From Rhina ancylostomus (Eukaryota): a DNA stretch of 64,000 nt. The notes under the pieces were generated by a model. That model was not told where the DNA came from. It saw only the letters and a program-made list of their open reading frames with translations, and searched no databases. This document shows positions 12,274 to 24,889 of this stretch, in pieces. The stretch covers positions 13,446,610-13,510,609 of the forward strand of contig JARFYF010000055.1 in the NCBI GenBank assembly GCA_030265395.1, given 5' to 3'. The stretch's first letter is position 1; every line of letters starts with the position of its first letter. Position numbers and translations under genes: made by a program.

Positions 12274-12940
12274 AGATGAGGTAGAATTTCTACCAATTGA
12301 ATTCTTAAAAAAAGTCTACATTTTTGTTCTGACTACAAAATCTTCCTACCCTTATTATGGCCCTTTTAGATAATTCCCTCAGGCTGCGTTTGGCAACAAT
12401 TATACGGAAAACTCAAAATTACGTGGAAAACTCAAAGCACGCATCTTATTCATTACAAAGCAACTTTCACTTCTGCAATGCTGTCTACTTCATTCCCACT
12501 GCTGCTAAACTCAACTCCAGATTAATTTTCAAAGATCTCCCCTCCCCACACATCCCATTTGACATTTTACATCAAAGAAGTTTCAAGGTCATGAGANNNN
12601 NNNNNNNNNNNNNNNNNNNNNNNNNNNNNNNNNNNNNNNNNNNNNNNNNNNNNNNNNNNNNNNNNNNNNNNNNNNNNNNNNNNNNNNNNNNNNNNNNNNN
12701 NNNNNNNNNNNNNNNNNNNNNNNNNNNNNNNNNNNNNNNNNNNNNNNNNNNNNNNNNNNNNNNNNNNNNNNNNNNNNNNNNNNNNNNNNNNNNNNNNNNN
12801 NNNNNNNNNNNNNNNNNNNNNNNNNNNNNNNNNNNNNNNNNNNNNNNNNNNNNNTCCCACATCATATCACCTCAACAATTCTTAGATTCCAGTTTCTGTA
12901 CAAGTCATGCATTGGGTCACCAATAGCTGCACACTTCAAA

Positions 12941-13348
12941 TACAGGCAGTCCCCAGGTTACAGCAGGGTCCCATTCCTGATAACTGTTCATAAGCTGAAC
13001 TGTTCATAAATCACAGATGAACAGAAACATTGTGTGGGAGAGGGTCACAGAAACAATTGTGATGGAAGAGCAGCTGCCAGATGGCCTCACTGACTCAGTG
13101 AGTGAGCAAGTCTGCTTGGTGCTCCCAGCTCTGCTTGACCCAACTCCTAATTGTTGTAGCTCGGTGTGAAGGATCGTGTGAGGAGAAAAGGCACACAAAA
13201 ATGCCCTGTTCTCACCTGGCAGGAGATGCCTGCAGCCCTGCAGCAGCTGGCAAATCCATCCCCATCCACTCCACCGATCTCCCATATGCTCATTCTTATA
13301 CACGGAGTGTCCGTAAGTCAGGCATTCAAAACCTGGAGAGGACCAGTA
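12941..13348. mobile_element. Tigger/pogo-like non-autonomous DNA transposon
   Basis: Starts TA-caggcagtccccaggtt and ends aacctggagaggaccag-TA (degenerate inverted termini with TA flanks). Confidence 0.5.
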
Positions 13349-14289
13349 CGTCAGTTTTGTTCCCCTAACTTTTTATTACGCATCCATGCCTTGCAGCAAC
13401 AGATGTAACTTTACATTAAATGCAATATTGTTGTTCATTTAAAAGCCAATACAATCTTTGCAAAAATCTAAATCTTCCCAAAGGTCTAATGTGAATTGCT
13501 TAAATATCCCATGCTCGCCCACAGCAGTTGTAGGTTCTCCACTAAAGCCTTCACTTGGACTCGAGATCCAAGTGAACATTTTAGAAACTGAAAAAGTGCC
13601 ACTGTTACTACAAGGCCAGACTTGGCAGACCCTATTATGCCTAATAAGCCAAATAAATCAAGTAAACAACATTCAGGAATTGCCAGATGTCAGTGCAGTA
13701 GGCTCCCCTTTTAAGGACAGGGGCAGTAAAGTTTCCTGAACTTAATCGAGTCAAAGACCATGTAGTTTCAGGGCTGCGGAATGACAAGCATCCCCAGGAC
13801 AACATAGTTCAAATTCCCCTACAATGCTCCAAAAGCAGCATCGCACAGGGAATGACATCAGCCCAGGGGTTCCTGATATGTAAATCCCAAAAGAAAATTG
13901 CAAGTTTTTAACATTAGGACATCCCAATATGTGGAATCACATGCATCATATTGAGATCACACCTACCAGTACACGCCATGTTCTTTAGAGATGATACAGA
14001 ATTAAGGTCTCAAACTCAGGAAAATGTTCAATACAAGAAGAGAATCTGTAAGATGAGCATAAAAAAAGTCACAACACTGTCAATTCTGAAATCTGTTTAA
14101 AGCAGCAGGTCAGATTAAAACAATTAACTCTTATCCAAAAGTTCTAGGATAAAAGCTGCATGGAAACTAACATGTCTATTCTTAAGTCACACCAAAGTGA
14201 TTCAACAACGATGTATGTTAAACTGTGTCATTCATAGTAGTAAAATGTTCCAATGCACTTAAGTTTGAAATCCATAAAAGCAAAACTGC

Positions 14290-15450
14290 TGAGCCATAGA
14301 TGATATCAGGACAGATGAGGTGATTTTGAGAATTCCAAAATTTACAGCCAAGGCAGCAGAAAGCATAGACTCTAATAACTAAGCAATTAAAATCAGGGAC
14401 ACACAAGAAGTCAGAATTGATAAAATACCAAGATCTCAAAGACTTGTACATTTGTGGAAATTACAGAAGTGGAGAAGAGAGTACATGAAGTTTTGAACCA
14501 AGAGCTAATGTAATCCAGCATGCAAAAAGCTATTAATGAACCCAAGACTTGGCGAATTAAGTTATGTATGCAGCGATTTGGATGAAGATATTCATGCAAG
14601 TTGAGAGGTAGAAAGCATGGGAATGGTCAAGTATACAGGTAACAAGGAATGTATGTAGATTTAAGATGAATTGAAGCAGAGTTAGAGTCAGGCAATTTTA
14701 CAGAGGTAGCATTAGTCTTGGTATTAGTATGTCATCAACAAATTTAGGAACCATACGAAGACATTTGTACAAATTATAAAAAGTTGACATCCCATAGTTT
14801 CCATTTTGCAAACTAGAAAAATACCTGTTTGTGTCTGCTCTCCATTTCCAGTTCATTAGTAAATCTTATCTTCCCCAAAATATTACCTCGTGCATCACAA
14901 GCTTTATATTATACCTTAGTAAATACCTTCTGGAAATTTCAGTGCATCACACCACGTTATTTCTTCAAAAGGACTGTGCAATGGTCACTCCTAACAATTC
15001 AGGATTGGCCACTGCACACACGTCATTGAGATCAAGATCAAGGAGATTATTCCTTCATGTTGATTCACCTACTACCTGCTGCACTCTCAGTCTGGAAACT
15101 TTGTGTCATTCAGACTGCCAGCTCAGTTAGTAGTGATGCTACTGAGCCACTCGTATTGATGGGCATTGAAGTTTCCCATACAGATAGCAGAGTGAAAAAT
15201 AGGAGCCCAATCATAGACCCCTGGGGTACTCCAGTGCTGGAGTGGGAAGAGAATCAATGCAAATATTTTCAGAATGTAGAAATAGATAAGATAGGATTCA
15301 GCAAGAATTAGATCTGTATCAAGAAAATTTATCACAATCAATGAATGCCACATTTTCATTTTAAAGAGCTTCCTTCCATCTGCAATAAGGAGAAAATTGT
15401 GGATAAAATTAAAAGTCTTATAGACTGGGTAATACAGCCAGTAATAACAT
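14290..15450 (-). mobile_element. Highly decayed L2/CR1-group LINE remnant
   Basis: The minus strand near 15200-15235 encodes GVPQGSMIGLL (RT motif); the rest is degenerate. Confidence 0.4.
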
Positions 15451-18019
15451 AGAAATTAGAAGCATGAACTGTATTTTGAAACAACCAGATTTTGAGGGGG
15501 CGGGAGAGAAATAAATAGAATTTCTGCAGAAACTTCTGAAGGTCTATATTTCAGACTTTTAATCATAATCACAAAGAATTGTACCAGAAAATATTGACCT
15601 AAAAATCACAATTNNNNNNNNNNNNNNNNNNNNNNNNNNNNNNNNNNNNNNNNNNNNNNNNNNNNNNNNNNNNNNNNNNNNNNNNNNNNNNNNNNNNNNN
15701 NNNNNNNNNNNNNNNNNNNNNNNNNNNNNNNNNNNNNNNNNNNNNNNNNNNNNNNNNNNNNNNNNNNNNNNNNNNNNNNNNNNNNNNNNNNNNNNNNNNN
15801 NNNNNNNNNNNNNNNNNNNNNNNNNNNNNNNNNNNNNNNNNNNNNNNNNNNNNNNNNNNNNNNNNNNNNNNNNNNNNNNNNNNNNNNTTTCGATGCAAAA
15901 AAATCTTGAAAACAGAAAAAACGGTAATGTGTCTTTTTCCCAGCAGATGCTCAGTCACTCAACTTTATATTTTATTTCTATGGACATTGTCTGATCTGCT
16001 GCAGGTTAACAATAATTTTTAAAATTTTTTATTTCAAATAGATCATAAAAATACCACACATAGGCAGATCATCTGCTCCACCAATCTGGTTAGTCTTCTC
16101 TGCAGCTTTCTCCATATCGCAGTACCTTTTCTCCTTGGGATATATTTATCCAATTCTTTTTGGAAGGCATTACATCACATTAGATGAGTGCCTAATTATG
16201 ACCACTTAATGGAGCTTCCTCATATTAACATTGGTTCCTTTGATAATAACCTAAATCTGTGTAATATTAACCTTACACCTCCTGCTATTAGAACAGTTAT
16301 CTGAATCCTCCTTAATTTTGAATGCTTCTGTCCAATCTCCTGTTTTCGCTGATAATTCTAGATTTCCCAGTCTAACAATGTTACTTCTCTCTCATTTCCA
16401 TAACCATTCTATCATATCTATCCTGCAACTACTGTCCAAAGCCTTCCTAAAAGCCTGTAAATTAGAAATTGAAACAATACTTCAACAGTAGCAGAACTAA
16501 GATTTTCATAAGGTTTATCTACCTTTTTGTGGGTTCTGTACTTTAAGCTTCAGTTTATTAAACCCCTTATCCCATATGCTTTATACAGTGGTATCATTAG
16601 ACTTTTACACATGCCAGAATCAGAAAATTCTGATGAAAGAAAATGACTCAAAACACTACAACTCCATTTCTTTATCTATAGATGTGACTCGACCTACTGA
16701 ATAGTTCCAGCACTTTGATTTCATTTCACTCTCCTTGCACAGATTTAAAATATTTAGCATATTTTGTCTCCAATCACTTTCTACCAAAATGCATTCACTC
16801 ACATTTTACTGCTGTAACTTCATCACCTCAGTTTTCTACAATAATCATATTTGCCAGATGCTCAAATCATATAACCAGGCTTTCTACTATTTTCCTCATC
16901 ATTTCCCTTTACTTCCAAGATTCAACCATTTGCAGACTTCAGAATTGTATCTTATAACCTACAAGTCGATCATTAACAAAAAAAAGGCAATATTGCTAAA
17001 CAATGGAGAATGCTCCATAGCTCCCCTCCAGTCTTTAAAACAATCATTCAATCTATCCCAAGTCAATGTCATATCCATTGTACTAATGACCATTATAACT
17101 TCAACATTTGCCCAATATGCTGCTTTATCAAATGCCTTTCAAAATTCCATTATATTAGAAAGAAAGAGAAAGCTAGAAACCAATATTAAAGACATTTTCA
17201 ATCACTAGAAATAAATGCAATTAGAAAAGAGAAAAATTATAATGAATAATGATCAGTTTTTACAGTACAACACCTACAAAATATGTTCAAAAAGATCTTT
17301 AACCATTAAGTCTAAAGGAAGGACTTTTTTGTTCCAAATTATCTCCCTACCCCCAAAAGAGTTCTTCATTCCAAAAGTTATACAAAAGGGGGAATATAGG
17401 TAAAAATACAAACATTAATCCCTTTTGTTATATCCTGTACCTCCAGCAGCATACATTGTATTGATTCAGAACAGTTAAACCTTTCAAATTTTTACTGTAA
17501 ATTTTCCAACTGACAAATTCCAAAATCGTTCAAAAATAATCCAAATGTAATTCACACATCCAAAGACAGGATTAAGGATGAAAAAAAATCATATTACAAC
17601 AATGAAAAAGAAATATAGTTCTAGTTAAATCCAACAACCAAAGCACAGATATTTATATATTGATATATAAATTTATCAACTTATTAGGAACAGTTTAGGA
17701 AGGGTACAGGCAATTGCCAATCTTGGCAAATTGACAACTACAAACTTCTTTACATCAAGACATCCGCCCCATTTGATGCCCCTGGAGAGCGATTCGGCCA
17801 CTTTAAGTATCCTAGCTGTCCCAATCCCAACTAACTCATGTTCAAGGTGGCCTCTGACTGGAGCAACAGCAACACCAACCAGCCCAGTTGAATGAAGTGC
17901 ATCCAGTTGGGATCAAACTGGGGAAGAAACTTATATCAGATTTCTCGACCACTGGAAACACAGAGCGGCTCACAACCAGGCAGGTGGTGGAAGGAGGCTA
18001 ATAAACTGATTCTCAACAG

Positions 18020-18400
18020 CCACAAGCGCTTTGTTTCAGAGCCACGTCTGCTGATACGTTAAGGACGACCAGGAGCGCCCCACCGCAGGAGCTTCCTTTA
18101 CCTCCGCCCAACAGCTTCTGCCTCCCGGCGGAGCGACACATCACGTGCCGCCCCGCCCCCTTTTCATTCAAAAACACCTCGCGGCCAACGGCCAACCGCC
18201 ACCCAACCGTTATGTCTCTTTCAAAGCAAAATGGCCCGTTGCGTTTCATAAAGACGTCCGTTGATGAGACGGGTTGTTAAACAATAAAATGACTACTTTA
18301 AATTCAGAGCCACACCACATTTGGGTGGGAGGTTGACCACTGTCTGTCCCAACGACGTGACGTGGCTAATAAAAAACGGCAAAAGAAATGCCACGGTTTA
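18020..18400 (-). promoter_or_regulatory. CpG-rich promoter and non-coding exon 1 of stathmin copy A
   Basis: Local CpG enrichment; donor GAG|gtaaag with exon end at 18102; E-box CACGTG 18142-18147; GC box 18151-18159; CHR TTTGAA (minus) at 18167-18172 and 18220-18225; four YAACGG MYB sites in 18186-18263. Confidence 0.75.
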
Positions 18401-19049
18401 GTATAGATAAAGGATAGATATACGTTGAGTTACGCAAGTTATTGCCGGTGTTAGAAAGACCACTTACCTCCTAATATGTGCATGCCATGCGGCATTGCTG
18501 TAAGGAAGACGCCCTGTTTTAAAATGGCGAGGGTAGCATGATATAGATGAGCTTAGCAGAACTCTTGCCCCTCCCTTTCATCCCATAACAAAAATAGACA
18601 AGAGACTGCAGATGCTGGAATTTGGAGCAACAAACAATCTGCTAGAGGGAGGAAAGGAATTGTGACTGTTTCAAGTCAAAACCCTGCAAAACAGTGAAGC
18701 TTTCTGATAGAGGACCATTCAAAATCTGCTCGAGCAGAAACACCAACCATGCCACAGCTGATAACTTTGCTGGTCATGCAGTGCCAAGTACTACTATACA
18801 TACTTGTAGCTTTCTGTAGCATGGTTCATGGTACCTAAAGTTGCAGCAAACTATTAATATGAAGCATTCAAGGTGATGTTAATTTTAGGTTCCTAGAGGG
18901 CTGCAATATTGTTGGTTATGGAAAGCAGTTTCACTGATTCCTTTTCCCCCAGATTACTTCTGTTTTTAAGTTCTTTTGTTACCATGAAGAGCATTGGCTA
19001 TTTATTATCCCATGTAAACTTTTAAAATAGCCAATCTCATGGCCTGTCA

Positions 19050-20100
19050 TTAGAACCATAGAATTCTACATCAAAGATACAGGCCTTTTCAGCCCACCCT
19101 GTCTATGCCAATCTATCAATGCTAATCCCATTTGCCTGCATCAGGCTCATATCCCTCTAAGCCTCTTATGCAAATACCTAGCCAAATGTCTTCTAAATAT
19201 TGTCATTGTATCTGCCTCTACCACCTCTGGCAGCTCATTCCACATACCCACCACCCTCTGTGTGAAAAACATACCCCTCAGATCTGCTTTAAGTTTCTTC
19301 CACCCAGGGCTGGGAAGGAAAGAAAGGCCAGTTACCCCATCTCTGCTCCTCATGATCTTAAAAACCTTTATAATAGTTTCCTTAAAGTGGCATATGAGTA
19401 GACAATGTGGTGAAAAAGGTATGCCTCCATTGACCAAGAAGTTGAGTATCATCTTAACAGTTGTGCAAAATATTATGTGCTGTTCTGGTCACCACACTAC
19501 AGGAAAGATATGATTAAGCTGGAGGTCACAAAAGATTCACTAGGATGGTGCCTGGTTTGGAGAGCTTGAGTTGCAAGATTGCTCCAGGAAGATTGCTTTT
19601 TGGACAGGCTGGGTCTATGTGATAGAGGTAAATAAAATTATGAAAACCATGGATAGGGCAGATAGCAGGAGTCTATTTCCCATGGTGGGGGGTGTCTAAA
19701 ACTAGAAAGCATACGTTTAAGTTGGGGGGGGGGGTAGTAGAAGGGGAAGGAAATGGTTTAACATTTAAAGGGTAACATTGAAGAGATATAGGCTTTTGGT
19801 TCTTCCTTGCTAACTACAACACCTGCAAACTTGTTAATTATACCTCCTCTGTTCGTTTCCAAGTTATTATGATATCACAAACAAGGATCCACCACTGATC
19901 TTTGCCACACTGGTCACAGACTTCCAACTAGTTAAAAAAAAAACAACTTTCTTCCACCAGTTGCCTTTACCTCCGATCACCAGGCCACTTGTGGCTCCAA
20001 TTGGCATCACATACCTTAACATTCTGGACCAGCCCACCATGCTATCATCCTGCCTTCAATCTTTAGTTGCCTGCTCAGGAAAAACTTTAACCAAATTAGC
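19050..20100. mobile_element. Cluster of CR1 fragments in both orientations between the two stathmin genes
   Basis: Minus: LKADLRGMFFTQRVVGMWNELPEVVEA (CR1 C-terminus). Plus 19400-19730: decayed YCVQFWSPHYRKD-type region. Confidence 0.7.
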
Positions 20101-20630
20101 TCTAAAGAAATGACTGATTGCAATTATGCAATGCTGAGCACTGTTAAACTAATTCAGGAAAACAAATTGCCCAACATCTGATCACTATTATCTAATAATT
20201 AGTTTGTGCTGGACTTGTTTCCTTAACTTTTCTTCTATTAAGATGCTTATCTAAAACTAATGCCCATATTCTAGCTTTCAACAATCAGCTTTTTTTTTTA
20301 AAGACTTAACTTAAACCCTACATCCATACAACCTCTAGCATTTTACCTTCAATCTGTCCCATTACCAATGCCATCAGCTGCTAAAGCTCCATATATAACC
20401 TTGCATTTTCTGCCCAAATTCTTCTAAGCATTGTCAGGCTCCTCACATTTCAGAGTTTAAAGTAAACCTGTAAATTGTCTTTTGTTTTATCATGCACATT
20501 AAAAACATCAAGTAGATAGGAACCAATTAGGATTAGGGAGAGCAAATAGTGACTGTACAGTTCAAATGAATCAGTGACATGGCTCAACTGGACAAGAAAA
20601 AAAAAGGAAAACAAACAGCAATTGTGCAAT

Positions 20631-20636
20631 TTTATT
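20631..20636 (-). terminator. Polyadenylation signal AATAAA of stathmin copy B
   Basis: tttatt on plus about 385 nt after the stop codon, with a downstream U-rich tract (A-rich on plus, about 20592-20616). Confidence 0.7.
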
Positions 20637-21019
20637 GAAGTTAAGACAGGTGCAACAGGTTAGGCAGGTTTATATAGTTACACACTTACAAACTAAACGT
20701 GTAACACATCAGTAAAGCATGCTGGAAATTACACTTTCACAAATACACTAACCTGAACCAGCAATTCCATTCAATTCACTACTAGTAGAAAAAAAATGCA
20801 GGAGCTCAAAGTATCTACATCAGGAAAAAACCCACAAGAATGTTTACAAAAAAGGTGGAAAGCATACAAATACAATCCTTCCTTCTCCAAAGAGCTTTCA
20901 GCTCTCAGTTGCACACAATTGCATTTACAAATGAATTTCCATGAACACACTGGCCATTTGAAAACATCTTTGGATGTTTGAAAAAACACTCAAATTCCAA
21001 ATGAAAGGAGGGGAAGGAA

Positions 21020-21076
21020 TTAGTCTTCAGTTTCTTTGATCTCTTTACTCTTCCTCACTTCTTCCATCCGCTTTTC
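21020..21076 (-). CDS. STMN1: Stathmin 1 copy B, last coding exon (EKRMEEVRKSKEIKETED*)
   Basis: tcctttccttttAG acceptor at 21077-21078; TAA at 21020-21022. Confidence 0.93.
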   Translation of the reverse strand, partial: EKRMEEVRKSKEIKETED

Positions 21077-21620
21077 CTAAAAGGAAAGGATAAATTTAGA
21101 AATAAACCAAAATGGTCTTTGCAGTTTAAAGAAATTAACTTGTTTAGTTGGTGGTAGTTATGTCTGTGCCCATTGCATTCCTAATTTAGCATATATAAAA
21201 AAAGGGACTGCTCTCTGATCACTATGGTCTGTCCATTCAGTCTTAACAAGGTTACTGGTTATGCAGACTGAATTTCTCCACAAAATAGAAAGAAACCCTG
21301 CCCATAGTTCCAGAATCAGCCCTTGGACAGATGTCAAATTTAATCAAGTTCCGAGGACTTGATATACAGACAGCCTCAGAGTTACAAAGTTCTTGTGTTC
21401 CAAATGGCAACACACAGGGGCTACAAGAGCAAGGTTTGAAAAGTTGTAAGTAACTAAAAAGCTCACTGTTCATTTGAGTTTTCTTCATAATGCCTAAATG
21501 GACTGTAAATAGTCACATTAAAAATTGGTTTCTGAAAGGGGATGGGAGGCATTCTGAAAATACTACTGAAGTACAAATTTGTGCAAGGAGTAACTGTTAA
21601 GAGACAAGCATTAGCCATAC

Positions 21621-21812
21621 CTTCTCTCTTAGACGCTCCAGTTTGGCTGCTAGTTGAGCTTCACGGTTCTCTTTGTTAGCTTCCATCTTTGTGGTCAGTT
21701 TCTCTTCTGCCATTTTCTTGAAGTTGTTCTGTTCATCAATAGCTTTCTGAAGCACCTCTTTCTCATGTTCTCGTTTTTCAGCCAACTGCTTCAGCACCTC
21801 TGCTTCATGTGA
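21621..21812 (-). CDS. STMN1: Stathmin 1 copy B, coiled-coil exon ([20 protein letters not shown]...KLERLREK)
   Basis: 192 nt; AG/GT boundaries at 21813-21814 and 21619-21620; intact [10 protein letters not shown] signature. Confidence 0.97.
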
Positions 21813-23525
21813 CTAAAAACAGGATAAATTCAACTAAGAATGCATTGCCAATTAAGCCAGTGTTCAGTTTAAATGCTATAATACCATAACACTAGTTGCT
21901 TACCATCTCAGCAGGTATTTGCATTATATAGTCCTTTAATTTAACCTATTGGATATACTGAGATATTTAAATGGAAGAATATTTCAGATATATGAAATTC
22001 CCCTCCCAAAGGTCAAGATCTGGTTAAACATCTGAAAGGTCTCCAATGTTTTTGTATTGCTTTATGCAATATGGATACACAACTCAATTGGATATCTTGG
22101 GTAACATTACTAGCAATGGAAATTTTACAGTGTTATGAGATCTTCATAATTATAGGCAAGAACATGCATACTTTGAGATCCTGGAAAGCAAGTTGGGAAA
22201 GACACAAGAAAAATGTTGGTTGACATGCAAAAAGAGAGTGTCCAATTCTTGCAAAATAGCTTGTCCAAGGCAACCTTCAGATCATGAATTGCACCCTATC
22301 AAAATAGAAGCTGAGCCAGCAGATCAGTGAAGTGCATCAGATTTATTAGCCAAGGGTATATAGTCAGGGAAACTGTACAACCAATTTACTAGTAAGAGTA
22401 ATACAGCACTGAAACAGGTCCTTCAGCCCAATCATCCATGCTAAGGTGCCCACTTAGTCTCATTTGCCCACATTTGGCTTATATCCCTCAATCTTTCCCA
22501 TCCATTTACTTATCTGGAAGTCTTAGTAGTCAATTTACAATAGACTACACAGGCAGTCTGCATCCCACAGAAACAAATCCAGGTACGTTGAATGGACAAG
22601 TTCAGAACAAAAAGAAATTCTAGGATATTTCAAATGCTTTTGCCACCTGCCCATTGTTTGCCTTGAGAAATGCAATGGAAAGACCTACCCACTAAAAACA
22701 ATTCACAACAGTCCATCAGACCAGTCAAAATATAAACCCAAATCCATTTGGGGTTACATTTCTGCAGTATATAATTACTAATTGGATCCACAACTCAAAA
22801 GGAATGTTCAGTGCATTAGTGCACATCCAACAGGCCGTTCAAGAGCAAGAATTTCAAGTTAGCCACACCCACCCAAAGCACAAATGGGACACAATCAGAT
22901 TACCTATGGTAAGCAATTACCAGGATGATACATGGTCAATATACAGGAGGATTCAGAAATAATGACAGGAACTGCAGCTCCAATTCAGTCCATTGGGGTG
23001 AGGCCAGAGCTGGAGAAAGGAAGGGTAATTATCTCATGCCCATAAGATGGCAGTTGATAAGTGTATTGTCCAGGTCAAAGGATTAACCAGCTTTAAAGCC
23101 AAATTAAATTATTCATTGCAGGTCAATCACATTTTGCAATTTCTCTTGTTGAAACAAAACCTGATGACAAACTAAGGTCTTTTAACATGTTATCTTTGTC
23201 ACTTGTTTATCTGTCCCTTAAAGATGTGACATATTCCATTCATCTGCCTTTAAGATTCTTGATCAGTTGCATTCTGGGCAACTATATCAAGCAATTATAA
23301 ATGCCAAAAGGTGCAAGCTCATTCAAACAAATAGGTGAAGCTAGTTAGAAGCACAAAAAAATGCAATGCATCAAGCTTAAAACACTTGCCTTTATCCTAA
23401 CACCAAAAGCTACTAGCAAATTCAGTGATGCCTTGTTAAATTACACATGTGCCAAATCTCAAAAAATGTTTCCCCAATCCCAGCAAACTATTAAATGTTT
23501 CAATTTATACACTAGAACAGTGTAC

Positions 23526-23698
23526 CTTTCGCCTGATCTCTGCAGCTTCATGTTTACGTTGTATTTCTTCTAGTGAAAGGTCCTTCTTCTTAGGGGGGGA
23601 GAGAGGAAATTCTGGAATAGCTTCAGCTGCAGGTGGGCTCAGGATCAATTCAAAAGCCTGGCCTGAGGAACGCTTGTCCAATTCTTTAACTTTGATAT
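23526..23698 (-). CDS. STMN1: Stathmin 1 copy B, regulatory-domain exon ([22 protein letters not shown]...[10 protein letters not shown]...RRK)
   Basis: 173 nt, phase-1 start, AG/GT boundaries; near-colinear with human STMN1 residues 5-62. Confidence 0.97.
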
Positions 23699-24245
23699 CT
23701 GAAAAACATTTCAATGATGTTCTCATATTCCAACTTACCAATTTTAAGAAACACAAGACAATCCACTAATATTGTCAAGCAGGCAACTACCAATCCCCTT
23801 GGGCAATTTTATAATAAAACCAAGTGGATTCTCAATCAACTGGTGATATTGGTCCAAACTAAAATAATGCATGCCAATTATTCATCTGCCTACTGATTAC
23901 TACCAACATCTCAAAACATTGCTGGTTATGGACTAACAGGACTGCTACAGTGACAATTGACTATTGCTCTGCAGTTTTAGGACTGTGTGCAAATGTTAGA
24001 TTAAGCAAAATTTATCAAAATGAATGTCTATTTCCTGTTTATAACCATATTACAGCATGGTTACTATATTTTACCATCAAGATGACATAACTGAGACTAG
24101 GCAAGGTTTCACTAAATATAAAGATCAGTTTATTTGGATGAGCACAACAGGTACAGTTTTACTGGTTACATTCCCATGGATTTAAGGCAAGCCTTTTCTC
24201 ACACTTAACCACTGCTGCAAGGTCACAGCTTTATACATTTCTTAC

Positions 24246-24264
24246 CAGCTGATGCCGATGCCAT
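24246..24264 (-). CDS. STMN1: Stathmin 1 copy B, first coding exon (MASASA plus G; whole exon 24246-24332)
   Basis: gcaATG GCA TCG GCA TCA GCT G|gtaag with good Kozak context; acceptor cttaccacAG at 24333-24334. Joined CDS is 19+173+192+57 = 441 nt = 146 aa. No palmitoylated N-terminal extension, so STMN1 rather than STMN2-4. Confidence 0.93.
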
Positions 24265-24867
24265 TGCAGAACAAGTCACGATTAGCTCTTAACTTTCAAG
24301 TGTTTAAAGCTTTCTGATGAATGCAGTGAACCCTGTGGTAAGAACAAGAGACCAAAGTTCAGTTGTTGGCATTTCAGAATACCACATGTGCCAAAAGTAA
24401 TATGCAGGTGACTGCTTGCAAGTTGAGGCCCACAATGCAGGGCATCACCAAGGCTACCAAAGGAATACCAGATGTAACATGTTTGTCAGTTTTTTTTAAA
24501 AAAAGGTGGAGAGTCAGTGATAGATCTTGAATGGACATTTGCCTCTCAAATCAGAAATATTTTGAATGAATGGTGTACTTTTGGAAATGTGCAACAGCAC
24601 ATAGAATAAACCACAAATATAGCCAATCAGTAGACAAAAGGATTTTTGAAAGAGCCCAGATGCAAAGAAAACCAACCCATTTGGTTATTTAATGTCCAGC
24701 AATTGTAGCACTGGACATTTAAATCACTTGCAACTGCAAATCAGTGCTTTGCTCACATAGTCAATTAGAACAGGTACTAATTACCACTGCTATTGAAAGG
24801 TAATGGAAACCAAGTCTGAACTAATCAAATACAATGATGGAGAATGGCTGTACAATCAATTACTTGT

Positions 24868-24889
24868 GGGGGGGGGGGGGGGGGGGGGG
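24868..24889 (+). repeat. G22 homopolymer in intron 1 of copy B
   Basis: Directly visible run of 22 G. Confidence 0.9.

Noticed and set aside
13004-13303. Minus ORF with a phase-1 donor CAG|gtgaga near 13215 that could join copy A
   Set aside because: It lies inside a Tigger-like element, has no stathmin similarity and no clear acceptor or promoter.
6121-23756. ORF-track N- and C-terminal extensions of the stathmin exons, e.g. [15 protein letters not shown] at 7309, which superficially suggests a palmitoylation motif
   Set aside because: These are intronic read-through beyond clear AG/GT splice sites that match the conserved STMN1 exon boundaries.
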